DNA of 32,320 nt, taken from assembly GCA_002256025.1 (NCBI GenBank), contig NKIB01000473.1:1-32320 (forward strand). Reading direction: 5' to 3'. Numbering within the stretch: position 1 is the stretch's first letter; the number at the start of each line of letters is the position of its first letter. Positions 1-9,760 of the stretch are shown here, piece by piece. Position numbers and translations under genes: made by a program. Source of the stretch: Asterionella formosa. Its lineage: Eukaryota. The notes under the pieces were generated by a model. That model saw nothing but the letters and a program-made list of their open reading frames with translations, did no database searches and was not told the origin of the DNA.

Positions 1-298
1 TTTTTCCTGCCAGGCATTGACAAAGCCACACTCAAGGCTTTCTAAGTGTGCCTTGATTTTTTCACCTTGCATATATTTTATCCAGAAGCGGCTTTGATTC
101 ATTGGCACTTTTGCTCATTGTCTTTTTTTTGCGCCATCATCCTGCACAGATATTTTTGAGATTATTTCGGCAGGCAGACTTCTCATTTATCTGGAAAATT
201 TTAAAACTACAAGCTTATCGCCATGAATACCTCCAGAAAAGTACAGTTCTGTAGATTTAGATTAACTTTTCAGAAATGAAATATCCGTTAAACTGAGC

Positions 299-860
299 TA
301 CCGGTAGGAGCAAGGGACTGAAAACCCAGACTGACTCCCGTCTCTTAGACTGAAATCAGCCTAGCCGGAAAGAATCCGGCATCATATACCGGTAAATGAG
401 TTTACCGGGTCCTATGGAGTACCTGATACTTGGTACCTGGTACCTGGTACCAGTACCCTGGTACAGTAGCACGACACGAGTACCCTGGTACCAAAGTACG
501 CACTTGAGCCAATCAAAATGACATGGTCCCACGAACCAGTACCTGGTAACTCCGTATGTGCCTGGTTACCACTTAGTAAAAAGTCCGAACGACCAGGTAA
601 TGTAGTGCGTACGATGACGTGTTTGGAAACCTCAGCGGAATGCTTGTTGTTGTGAATTTCTTGTGAGGAGCACGACGATGCATGCATGCAACAAGAGCAA
701 CGAAATCGATTCGTGGTCGCGATCGTTTTGTCCAACCACCGTGCTTACAACATATCGTACCGGTACCTGGTACGGTACTTGGGGGTGGTACTACTGGTAT
801 GTACAAACACAGACAAAATCAAATACCGGTACACCATCCCGCATCCAAATTTACCGGTAG
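299..860. repeat. Cluster of iterated palindromes (TACCGGTA, TACCWGGTA, GGTACC)
   Basis: TACCGGTA at 299, 387, 758, 824 and 852. Overlapping GGTACCT units at 432-455 (ggtacctggtacctggtaccagta). Hairpin ccggtaaa-tgag-tttaccgg at 389-408. CCAAT-like gagccaatca near 506-515. Confidence 0.85.
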
Positions 861-1134
861 TTAAACTTCTGACCAGTGCTATCATGCCACCAGACTTCGA
901 GCAAGTAGCAAACAGGCATTTAGAAAGTGCCCACTTTGGTGCGTGATGGATTTGTGCGTCACATTATTTGATGAGTTGTCATTTTCCTCAGCTTCCTTTC
1001 CTCGTTGTTCTTTAGGAGTGACTGAATCTTCCGGCAGTCATCACCACATTGCAATCATTGGAGATCTTATCGACTGTCGATAGCGTTTCAGGCATAGTCT
1101 CGTGTCATAAAAGTCAGAGCAACGAACGAGAAAA

Positions 1135-2649
1135 ATGTGTCAAGGCGATAGAGCAACAGTGGAACCAAAACGAAGCGGTGATTCTGATCCTACTTCGGGA
1201 AAAACAAATGGTCTTGACCACAATCACACGGGAAGAGAAGTACCAGGCGAATCAATGAAGCGTATAGTCCCAGCCATTCTTGAAATGAGTCAACACATAC
1301 TATCATCTGCCTGGAATGGCCAGCGACTACCTCAACTCACGCTGATTTGGGCAGCACAAATCATTCATCACGTTATTCTTCTGATTAACACCGAAGCCTC
1401 TGATAAAATTGTCATCAGGAAATTCACTGAAAACATGCTACTACTTACGACTGCTATACTGTTACCTGGATATATTCTACTCATTTTCATATATCGCCAT
1501 TCCGTGCAAACCATTTTCAATCGAAAGCTACCTCCTACGCTGCTCCAGTCTCTGCCATCCTTTGGAGCACACCTAGCCCTGTTGAAGCCGTTTCAAGTTA
1601 TTTACCGAAGACTCACAGCTCCAATCAGAGTACTTCCAGATTTATTGGTGCTTGGAGAAGTCCGGTGTGGAACCACATCACTTTGTCATCATTTGTCGGC
1701 GTTGCCAGGCGCCCAAGCACCCTTCTGTCTCTGGAAGCACCCTGAATTGGACCGAAAAGAAACATTTTACTTTGTTGGACACTATCTTGGGAATGTTAAA
1801 CCACGTGGATATCGAATGTGTTTCCCATTGAAACTCACTCAATGGATCCACACACTCGTGCTGGGAAAGCCCTTTTTTACCTTTGATGGTTGTGCACAAT
1901 ACCTCACGTCGCCCACTGCGCCGTATTTGATTGCCAGAGCCTATAAAGAGGCCGGGATTCCTCCACCCATTCTCGTGGTCTGTATTCGAAATCCAGTCGA
2001 GCAGGGAACAAGTTGGTGGAATTATGAACACCATGCCATGCAATGGGGTTCCAGTATGGGATTGACCGAATGGAATACCGAGCTTCGTGGGAAACTACCA
2101 CTGACACTAACTGATGTTTTGGACGATGCACCTCGTGTGAACCTTTTGTATGACACGGCCGAACAACTTTTTCAACAAGACGACAGTGACATGGATTATA
2201 TATTGCCATCCTGGGCAATGACATGGCCAGGTGGACAATTGACAGGCGTACTACGGAATGGCGCATTTTGGTCCAATATCAATCGGTATGAAACCGTATT
2301 CAATAATGTATTTGGAAAACGGCAAAATGCGAGTGCATCGTTGGTACCGTCATCGTCGAAACTATCGCATGTAAATGTGGTACCATTAGAATTTCTCCAA
2401 GATCCTACCCAACTATCATTGACGTTGTCGTCGTTAATGCAGCAGGTGAATACGAGACAAGCCAGTGTTCCCGCTGTTGTAATGAATGGCCACCGTGTGA
2501 GTCATATTGTACAGCGAAATGCTTCCGACAAGCTGTTGGGAATGGAAGCAACACATGCGGAAGAGAGGAGATTGGTGGATTTGTTTTCGAGCGACACACA
2601 AGAACTAGAAGTACAGTGCGGTATAAAGTTGGGTTGGAAAGTTAACTAG
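1135..2649 (+). CDS. PAPS-dependent sulfotransferase (P-loop sulfotransferase fold) with N-terminal hydrophobic segments
   Basis: 504-aa ORF. 5'-PSB-like motif PDLLVLGEVRCGTTSL, KETFYF (cf. KExHFF) and 3'-PB-like VVCIRNPVEQGTSWWNY. Hydrophobic stretch LLLTTAILLPGYILLIFIY. The start is uncertain: ATG 1135 or the in-frame ATG 1255. Confidence 0.75.
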   Translation: MCQGDRATVEPKRSGDSDPTSGKTNGLDHNHTGREVPGESMKRIVPAILEMSQHILSSAWNGQRLPQLTLIWAAQIIHHVILLINTEASDKIVIRKFTENMLLLTTAILLPGYILLIFIYRHSVQTIFNRKLPPTLLQSLPSFGAHLALLKPFQVIYRRLTAPIRVLPDLLVLGEVRCGTTSLCHHLSALPGAQAPFCLWKHPELDRKETFYFVGHYLGNVKPRGYRMCFPLKLTQWIHTLVLGKPFFTFDGCAQYLTSPTAPYLIARAYKEAGIPPPILVVCIRNPVEQGTSWWNYEHHAMQWGSSMGLTEWNTELRGKLPLTLTDVLDDAPRVNLLYDTAEQLFQQDDSDMDYILPSWAMTWPGGQLTGVLRNGAFWSNINRYETVFNNVFGKRQNASASLVPSSSKLSHVNVVPLEFLQDPTQLSLTLSSLMQQVNTRQASVPAVVMNGHRVSHIVQRNASDKLLGMEATHAEERRLVDLFSSDTQELEVQCGIKLGWKVN

Positions 2650-2982
2650 TACGGCATTAAATGAAGCCAAGACAATATCGAGTTCTTTGATGGCTCCGAA
2701 TATATTTTTGCCACTTATTAAGATTGATTTCTAATAATTCTTGTGCCCAAAATCATTAAGTTCAGCCTGAGCTTCAGGAAAACGAAGTATCAATGTGCGT
2801 TCCTTTATTTATTGATAGCAACCCCCCACCCCCCTTCCTTTCGCTACAACAAACAGTAAACGCTACAATCATTTGGCGTTTGGATTTACCACTGGATTGG
2901 GTGAGACGATGCCCTCCAACATATTGTTAGGGTTTTAATTCTATAGCTTAACTTTGTAGCGTTTACAATGCAGATATACTTG

Positions 2983-5040
2983 TCAAAATATTGGAAATAG
3001 AACCACCATCCCTTTGGTATTCCCGTCCTTGCCATTGTAAGTAACACGAATTCCTGAGCTTTGTGTCAATGAATCAATGACGTAGTCTGGAATAGTGTTG
3101 TCATGGAGATACGCTAGTAAACGGGCTGCAGAAATAAATCCTGTACCCCGGCAGGCGCCTCGTTTCCTTGAAAACCCTCCCGTCGTTACGAATCCAAGAA
3201 TGACTACATTATTGGCAATAGTCAACAATAGAGAATCGCCGGCATCAATAGTTCCGCGGCCATCAACAAAAAGCTGGCATCGAATCATTGCAGGTAATGA
3301 GAGTGACTCAAGGAGTGATCTGCATGCCTCGACATGATCCTTTGAGGCCTCCTGGGACAGGGGTGGCGCAACAATTAATGATCCTGGTGGTCGGATTTTT
3401 CGTCTCGTTCTTCTGACAGGGGACTCTTGACATATGGAATGGCTCGAAGTACCATGCTGAACTATATCGAGAAATGGCTGGCCGAAGTTGCCACGGACAA
3501 CGACAATGCATTTCTCGTCGTTGTCGACGAGTGATTCCCAGTGAATTACAGCGTTTGTTTCCTTTGGTTCAAGCCGACCCCACCCGTTTTCTAAAGCTTG
3601 ACGAAGTCGTATCATATCGTGATTATCTCCAGGATTCCAGTATTGCTTTCCGGATGGGGTGTCGGGAAAATCACGAGGGAAGATTGGTACTGGAGGGTCG
3701 GCTTCCAGGCAAAGATGAGATTCTTCTATCAAACCAATCGCTCTCGCCGTTCCCTGGGTCGAATTGAGAGCAATGAATAAATCCTTCGCCATGGTCGGTA
3801 GGCATAGAATGTCCCAACCAATAACACCATCCGCATCATCTCTGTCGTTCTGGCGGACCACTAGAGTCGTATCAACCTTGAGCGCCTGGTATGTGGGTTT
3901 TTCGAGTTGAATTTTGTAGGATTTGACGAAATCATCTTGCCCATCATTTATAATTGCCGCAAGATGAGGCAGCTCCTGATCAATACCATCTGCATTATTT
4001 GACGTATTGTTTGAGTTAAAGACAGTGAGAAGTTGAGATGTTGACTGCTTCCCTCGAAGTTGAAGTGTTGCTATTCTCATTTGTCGAACAAGAACCCAAT
4101 CCTCATTTTTCGATAGTCCTTCCATCAACTTTTCCACTATTGGAAGGATACATGGATGAATAAATAAATGAACCCACCAGTGATCCTTGGCTTGGACTGC
4201 CCCATCCAATGGGATTCGGCTGATCCACCATTTGATTGGACCAATAGCATCGTTCGGAAAGCTGTCTATTTGATGCATCATTCCTTCTCCGAAAGAAGCT
4301 CCAGTACATGAGTTATTTGGATCGCCTGTAGTAAACGATGGACATACACGTTGTAGGCTCTGGATCAAAGTCGACCGTTCCTTGCATCCCACCACTAGAC
4401 ATGAGTTTCTCCATGTGACATCCTGTATAGTCGAATATCCCTCTTGTATCATTCTCACGATTGCTCTTGACCCTCTATTGGTATGCTGCAATGCAACCTT
4501 CCACCCAAATAGATTTCCCATGTGAAATCGCTTGGTGTGCCATTGGTGTGTTGGCATCCAGCGATGAATGGACGAATCAAAATGGTCAGCAACACTTTGT
4601 GTTGCAGAATTGGCCCAAACCTCGTGATTTTCATCTAGTAACTTGGGTTTTCGTCTCGCTCTTCTACACGGTATTTTCTTAGTTGTCTGTGTTGTTTCTT
4701 TTGTTACTACATCATCGTTGCCTTGTGGAAACCGATGTCGTCTTCTGGGCTGGTGCGATGTGGTTCGTCTTCTCAAGTGCCTTGTTGCCGTTTTCCCACC
4801 TCCACTTTTCAATCCTGCTGCTGCTGCTGCTGCTCCATGGTGTTGTTCTGATGATAATGACGATAGAGTAGCTCTCCATAGGGACTTGATTTCAGGTAAT
4901 CGTCGAGCTCCAAACGTAGTGGCCGACACACTGGCCGAAGCGTCTAAAAACGAGGGCAATTGGATTCTTTGGGACCAATCTTGACGGCATCGTTTTGCGG
5001 GTTGTTGCTGCTGCTTTTTAAATGATTTAGTGTGGTTCAT
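2983..5040 (-). CDS. POP1: RNase P/MRP protein subunit POP1
   Basis: RHLRRRTTSH..RR, RWMPTHQWHTKRFHM..FGW (POP1 N-domain), GWDIL and FPRDFPDT (POPLD-type), C-terminal GFVTTGGFS...CRGTGFI. Intronless, 685 aa. Confidence 0.93.
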   Translation of the reverse strand: MNHTKSFKKQQQQPAKRCRQDWSQRIQLPSFLDASASVSATTFGARRLPEIKSLWRATLSSLSSEQHHGAAAAAAGLKSGGGKTATRHLRRRTTSHQPRRRHRFPQGNDDVVTKETTQTTKKIPCRRARRKPKLLDENHEVWANSATQSVADHFDSSIHRWMPTHQWHTKRFHMGNLFGWKVALQHTNRGSRAIVRMIQEGYSTIQDVTWRNSCLVVGCKERSTLIQSLQRVCPSFTTGDPNNSCTGASFGEGMMHQIDSFPNDAIGPIKWWISRIPLDGAVQAKDHWWVHLFIHPCILPIVEKLMEGLSKNEDWVLVRQMRIATLQLRGKQSTSQLLTVFNSNNTSNNADGIDQELPHLAAIINDGQDDFVKSYKIQLEKPTYQALKVDTTLVVRQNDRDDADGVIGWDILCLPTMAKDLFIALNSTQGTARAIGLIEESHLCLEADPPVPIFPRDFPDTPSGKQYWNPGDNHDMIRLRQALENGWGRLEPKETNAVIHWESLVDNDEKCIVVVRGNFGQPFLDIVQHGTSSHSICQESPVRRTRRKIRPPGSLIVAPPLSQEASKDHVEACRSLLESLSLPAMIRCQLFVDGRGTIDAGDSLLLTIANNVVILGFVTTGGFSRKRGACRGTGFISAARLLAYLHDNTIPDYVIDSLTQSSGIRVTYNGKDGNTKGMVVLFPIF

Positions 5041-5541
5041 TCTCTTTTGAAAGAATGACAGTCGCTGATAACATGTTGTGTCACGTAGGTAAGAGAAGGT
5101 GCTTCAACGGAGCCTGGATTAGCTATATACTAAAATAATGGATGGCAGATTGTGATTTATAGTAAATAGTATTGATGCACATGATTGCTCTCTACATATG
5201 GTTTTTTTTTCCTCCTGTACTGTATAATTGGACACTGCCTACCGGTACTGTCACACCGTGCTCAGTTTAAAAAAAAAATTTCCAGCATCCTCGTCGGCCG
5301 CTTAGGTATGGATGATATGAGAGAAAGTTGAGGGAAACGATGAATTTAGCTTTGTTTTCTTTATATTGAGAACCGTCTTTTACCTCAATTTCCCGTCCAT
5401 AAATCAAGGAACAACACCAACCACAAACAACTGCGTGGATGTGGACTTGACAAAGATCGCATCCTGTAGAAACGACCAGCAAGCACTGTAACTATCAATC
5501 TATCTATGTAGCAGCATTCAACAATAAACTGCAGCAACAAA
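5041..5541. promoter_or_regulatory. Putative bidirectional promoter region between POP1 and PUS10
   Basis: 501-bp AT-rich spacer between divergent ATGs, with poly-T and poly-A tracts and one TACCGGTA at 5240-5247. Inferred from gene geometry. Confidence 0.5.
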
Positions 5542-7161
5542 ATGGATAATAGTTCAACAGTAGAAGCCGTCGTGCCGTGGAAGAATCGACTTTGTAAAAG
5601 GTGCTGTGAGTATCTCAAATTCGAACAAGCATCATGCGGCACTGATGCTGATAATGACACTGCACCATGTGTGGTTTGCTTGGGACTGTGGAGTGATGCG
5701 ACATCAGAACGACTGGTACAAGAACTGCAAACAGCGTGTCATCCCTACGGGGATGTGTCCAACAATAGATTCGCAATGACTCGGCACGTACCAGCCATTG
5801 TGTTGCCTGGTGATGTTGCACTGAGATACTCGGTGCTATCCAACGAGTCATCATGCGGGTCGGCATCCTTTCAAATATTTGCTAAAGACTTGAAAGAACA
5901 CATTCGTACAACCATGCACGATTATATCGTCATGAATCAAACAAAAGCAATACTGATGGCCCCCGACTTTTGTTGCACGGAAGAACAAGGGCACTTGGCC
6001 TACCATCTCATCATTACGCCAGTATGCGAATCTAGACCAGCGTCCTTTCGACTCGTACCTCAGAAAGTAAACCATCGCAAGCGCTTTAGAGGGAATGATC
6101 CCACAGAGAAGCAAGGAGGCGATCCATTGGTGAACCTCGAACACAGACTACACCGAGCTGGCAAGAACCTTTGGTCCATTGCGGAAGTTACTGCAGCCTT
6201 GTTGGACCATACGAGCGAAGAACTGCGTGACGAATGGAGAAACTGGTTTCTTCGCGAGGAGCTTTCTACCCCAGCGTTAGATCTGCACTTGTGCGTTTGG
6301 AGGACATCCTTTTTTGTACGAGGCCTTTACACCAAATCGAGGAGAGATGTGTCACAAACTCCATTTTATGTGACTGGGAAAGATGACTTTGGTCGCAATG
6401 TGCAACAACGAAAGGGGGTGACTAGTGTCGAAGAGCAAATAAATCCAATTATAGCGGCACTATCGGGGGGTATTTCGAAACTCAACAATGACGGGACCGC
6501 GTCTGACGTAGTTTACGGTATGGTCAAGTTTCATGCTTCTGGACGAGAAGATTTGGATGTGAGAATGACGCTGCCCCCAGAACCTACCGCGGGTGTTGGA
6601 GGAAGGCCATTTTGCCTGGAAGTCGTGGATGCATTGCGAATGCCACCAGCTGAAGCGATGCAACAAGCGATTTTGAAAATTAACCATGGCAGTAACCAAA
6701 TCAATCAAGATGGTCACTTGAGATATTACGGTAACAATCCATTTGGCGTTGGAGTGGCTGATTGTTTATGCTTCACTCCCTCCAGCACATTCAGGAATCT
6801 ACAGGCCGAGACGGAAGAGAAAGTCAAGTTCTATGGTTGCCTTTGTTGGTCCATTAGGAAAATTTCATCTGAAGCATTTCTCAACGAAACACTCTCAAAA
6901 TGTCCCATTACCCTCGAGCAACGTACTCCCGTTAGAGTTCTGCACCGTCGGTCAAATATTGTTCGAAGACGCCACGTCTTGACTCTTAAAGCTAAAATGA
7001 TTGATGATCATTACTTTCGACTGAGCATCAGTACGGACGCGGGAACATACGTTAAAGAATTTGTTCATGGAGACCTAGGAAGGACTGTACCGAGTATCTC
7101 TAGTTTGTTGGGAGGCAAGACAGATATTATAGAATTAGACTGCGAAGGCATTAAATTTTAA
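5542..7161 (+). CDS. PUS10: tRNA pseudouridine synthase Pus10
   Basis: Catalytic KFHASGREDLDVRM, GRPF, QRTPVRVLHRRS and TDAGTYVKEFVHGDLGRTVPS...DIIELD. N-terminal CxxC...CxxC Zn site (LCKRC, PCVVC). Confidence 0.95.
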   Translation: MDNSSTVEAVVPWKNRLCKRCCEYLKFEQASCGTDADNDTAPCVVCLGLWSDATSERLVQELQTACHPYGDVSNNRFAMTRHVPAIVLPGDVALRYSVLSNESSCGSASFQIFAKDLKEHIRTTMHDYIVMNQTKAILMAPDFCCTEEQGHLAYHLIITPVCESRPASFRLVPQKVNHRKRFRGNDPTEKQGGDPLVNLEHRLHRAGKNLWSIAEVTAALLDHTSEELRDEWRNWFLREELSTPALDLHLCVWRTSFFVRGLYTKSRRDVSQTPFYVTGKDDFGRNVQQRKGVTSVEEQINPIIAALSGGISKLNNDGTASDVVYGMVKFHASGREDLDVRMTLPPEPTAGVGGRPFCLEVVDALRMPPAEAMQQAILKINHGSNQINQDGHLRYYGNNPFGVGVADCLCFTPSSTFRNLQAETEEKVKFYGCLCWSIRKISSEAFLNETLSKCPITLEQRTPVRVLHRRSNIVRRRHVLTLKAKMIDDHYFRLSISTDAGTYVKEFVHGDLGRTVPSISSLLGGKTDIIELDCEGIKF

Positions 7162-7574
7162 GTCACATGCTTCAGGTGCTGGATGATTGCCGAAGTAGAC
7201 AACCTCATTGATGCCCACCATCCTCGTCTTGTCTGAAACTACTACAGTATGAACGTGAAATGTTCACGGAATACTTTCAATTAAATCTTGGTAGTCTTCC
7301 ATGAATTTGATGGTATCAAGATTTGTGGCTCCTTGATTGCAGTTTGTGCTGAGCTATTATTATATTAGCGGTAGCAGAGTTTTTGTGGAGATTCCGTCAC
7401 TGTCTGGATTTCCATCACTTCCATGACCATATATATCAAAAAGTTATTATTTTGTAGAGATTACGAAGTAACGAAGCAGCGTCTCGAGCCTGTTGAGTTA
7501 TTCATTTGCCGAAAGCGACAGTATCCTGTCTCTAATATGCAATGAGGTCCTACTAGGTTGATGGAGTTTCTTAT

Positions 7575-8798
7575 CTAGTTGACAGGTAGATTTGCGATGA
7601 AGCAGACTTCCTGGCCGCAACTGGCCCCCTGTGTCTTGAAAGGAAGATCCATCATTTTAGTAAAGACGGCTTTGAAATCTTGCACCCACAACAAATTGTC
7701 GTCGCGGTATGCAGCCATGAAGTCAAGGGTTTGGAGTGCAGCTGGACATATTGGCGCTCCGTTATTTAATGGCGTGAAGTTACAATCAGCTTTTCCAGTT
7801 GTAGGATCCATATTCGCCGAGAGATCGCGAACGAGACCCATATCGGTGTTGAGCATGAGAGTGGTCCCACTGCTCCATTGGTTGCGATCTGGTATGTTGA
7901 GACCTTGTTTACGAAGGTCAGAATTACCAATCTGTGAGCTCTTCCAGCCTGATGGCGCTCCGTTAACCCGATCATTAACAGGACCAACAATTCCTTCGTA
8001 GTAGGCGTTATTTAAGACAAGTGGGGTGCTGTCCCAGCCAGTACCAACGAAGCCAGAGTTTGTGCGCGCAACCTTGCCGAGTGAGTGAGCACCCATCAAT
8101 GCACAAGTCTCTTTGGCATCAAATTGAAAGTTCGTTGCAAAATACTCCAGGATGCGGCGCGTATCTAGGTTTGGCGAAGGCAAGTCACGTTGAGGACCAT
8201 TGAAGGCACCGCAGATGTTGTTGAGACAAGGGACCTTGGACTGCAGCATTTCGCAGGTGGGACGACCGAACCAAAGCATAGGAAATTGAACGATTGTTGC
8301 GCTTTGAGGCTGTAGCACTTCTGCTGCAGTTAGCCCGGCGAGGACCCACATATCCGATCGAGTGATGCCGTGGGTAGCGAATGCATTCGGACACACGTTT
8401 GCAAGAGCATTGAGGGGTACATCGAGGCCGAAGTTGTCTGGGTTGCTCATGTCGATGCATCCATCGCAACCGCCGACGCAGTCATGGAATTCCATTCTTA
8501 TAAACTTAGCGCCAATCGTGTTATCATTGTTGATGAGTTTAACAATATCTTTTTTACATTCAGCAAGCTTGGATACCACTGAAACTGTTGTTGGCGAAGG
8601 AGTTGGTGGACGGGTTGGGCGAAGCGTAGGGGGGGTAGCTGGCTTCTGCGTTGGCTTCTGGGTTGGCGGAGTCGGCTGATTTCGTTGATTCCACCAATTC
8701 CACCACAGCTCGCGATGTTGTCCATCTACTGGCTCGTGATGTTGCCCATTTACCCGGGCAATAATAGTGAGAACAACAAGTACATTGCCGACCTTCAT
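7575..8798 (-). CDS. Secreted heme peroxidase (non-animal peroxidase superfamily) with Pro/Thr-rich linker
   Basis: Signal peptide MKVGNVLVVLTIIARVNG, HREL (RxL) motif, PTxxPT repeats. Distal motif FIRMEFHDCVGGCDG, proximal LMGAHSLG, late ML.TD motif, many Cys. Confidence 0.88.
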   Translation of the reverse strand: MKVGNVLVVLTIIARVNGQHHEPVDGQHRELWWNWWNQRNQPTPPTQKPTQKPATPPTLRPTRPPTPSPTTVSVVSKLAECKKDIVKLINNDNTIGAKFIRMEFHDCVGGCDGCIDMSNPDNFGLDVPLNALANVCPNAFATHGITRSDMWVLAGLTAAEVLQPQSATIVQFPMLWFGRPTCEMLQSKVPCLNNICGAFNGPQRDLPSPNLDTRRILEYFATNFQFDAKETCALMGAHSLGKVARTNSGFVGTGWDSTPLVLNNAYYEGIVGPVNDRVNGAPSGWKSSQIGNSDLRKQGLNIPDRNQWSSGTTLMLNTDMGLVRDLSANMDPTTGKADCNFTPLNNGAPICPAALQTLDFMAAYRDDNLLWVQDFKAVFTKMMDLPFKTQGASCGQEVCFIANLPVN

Positions 8799-9120
8799 CG
8801 TCGTGTATGGTTTTGTGTGATGAATTTTATGTCAAAATGTGAACGCATTTTGTGCATTCGCTTGCATGACTACATATGTACTGCAAATATGGAGCGGAAT
8901 AGACCATATATAGTCACGAGCGAGGCCGTAAGGCAAAATTTTGACGACTACCCATAAACACGACCATCCGATCCGAAGAAATCCGCATAAATGTAGTTAT
9001 CCATATTCTGTCACGGAATATAAACCACTGGTATATATGAAGAAGTCATTATCACGTCTTTGAAGTCCTCACATTTTTTGGATTCGACGTACTAACGGGT
9101 ATACTGACCCAAAGGTGCTG

Positions 9121-9400
9121 ATACTGGTACCAGTGAAGTTGCGGTAATAAATAAAACATTTAGCTATGTTTGTCTCATAGTAAGAACCGTCTTTTACCGC
9201 AACTCCCAAACGGCACCAGGTACCTGGTAGTCTACGTGACAGCACCCTCCGGTTGTACAACCTTGCTGCTGGGCCATTATCTGCTTGTACCCGGTACCTG
9301 GTACCTGGTACCCTACCATGCTCTCTCGAGTGCCCTGTTGGTTGCTTGTTTTTATCGGTTCAGCGGTAGGCTAATAAATATTACTGGATGACTACCGGTA
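9121..9400. repeat. Cluster of iterated GGTACC/TACCWGGTA palindromes upstream of the peroxidase
   Basis: actggtaccagt near 9123-9134, accaggtacctggt near 9215-9228, gtacccggtacctggtacctggtacc near 9287-9312, TACCGGTA at 9393. Confidence 0.85.
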
Positions 9401-9444
9401 ACAAAAATAGCATGTGACATAGACATTTCGGTGTTCAGTACCTG

Positions 9445-9534
9445 CAGCAAGTTGCTGAAACTTTGCTTCTGCCTTGGGTTTTTTGTGTTCTTCATGCCCA
9501 GAACCGACAGATACTTCCCAACTCGGTAGCCATT
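9445..9534 (-). repeat. Dispersed repeat, copy 1 (inverted relative to 15856-15935)
   Basis: Its reverse complement (aatggctaccgagttgggaagtat...ttctgggcatgaagaaca...aagcaaagtttcagcaacttgctg) aligns with aatggctcctaagtgaggaaatat...ttctgggaataaagaaca...aagcaaaattgctgcaacttgctg at 15856-15935. Confidence 0.7.
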
Positions 9535-9760
9535 AAAAAATTGCCCAATGATTTACCAAAAGTAGGTGATTGAAATTAGTATGGTGTAATTAATTACCTG
9601 GCATTAGCTCAACGATTACTGTATCTACAGGTAAATTAACTAATGGTCAATGGGATTCACTGGGGACTCACAACGGTCATAATCCGAAGGTGACATGAAT
9701 ACTATGTAGGAGCTTCAAGGAATCTATGTCCCTGAGATGTTCTAGAGTGTACATAATTAT

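Noticed and set aside
1..290. Possible TE or pseudogene remnant at the window start
   Set aside because: The minus-strand frame has several stops and no identifiable motif; boundaries are not visible.
419..570. CRISPR-like or telomeric array interpretation of the palindrome clusters
   Set aside because: No constant 23-47 bp repeat with unique spacers, no cas genes, and a eukaryotic context. Units are mixed in orientation, unlike telomeric tracts.
412..946. Several short ORFs with VPGT/YRY/WYQ-type peptides (also at 9069-9391, 12616-12951, 22955-23665)
   Set aside because: Artefacts of the stop-poor GGTACC/TACCGGTA repeats; no protein features.
884..1015. Possible upstream exon (MPPDFEQVANRHLESAHF) and GT..AG intron for the sulfotransferase
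   Set aside because: The donor/acceptor combinations I tried run into stops before reaching the main ORF frame; RNA-seq is needed.
4815..4835. (CTG)n microsatellite in POP1
   Set aside because: Short in-frame poly-Ala tract; ordinary.
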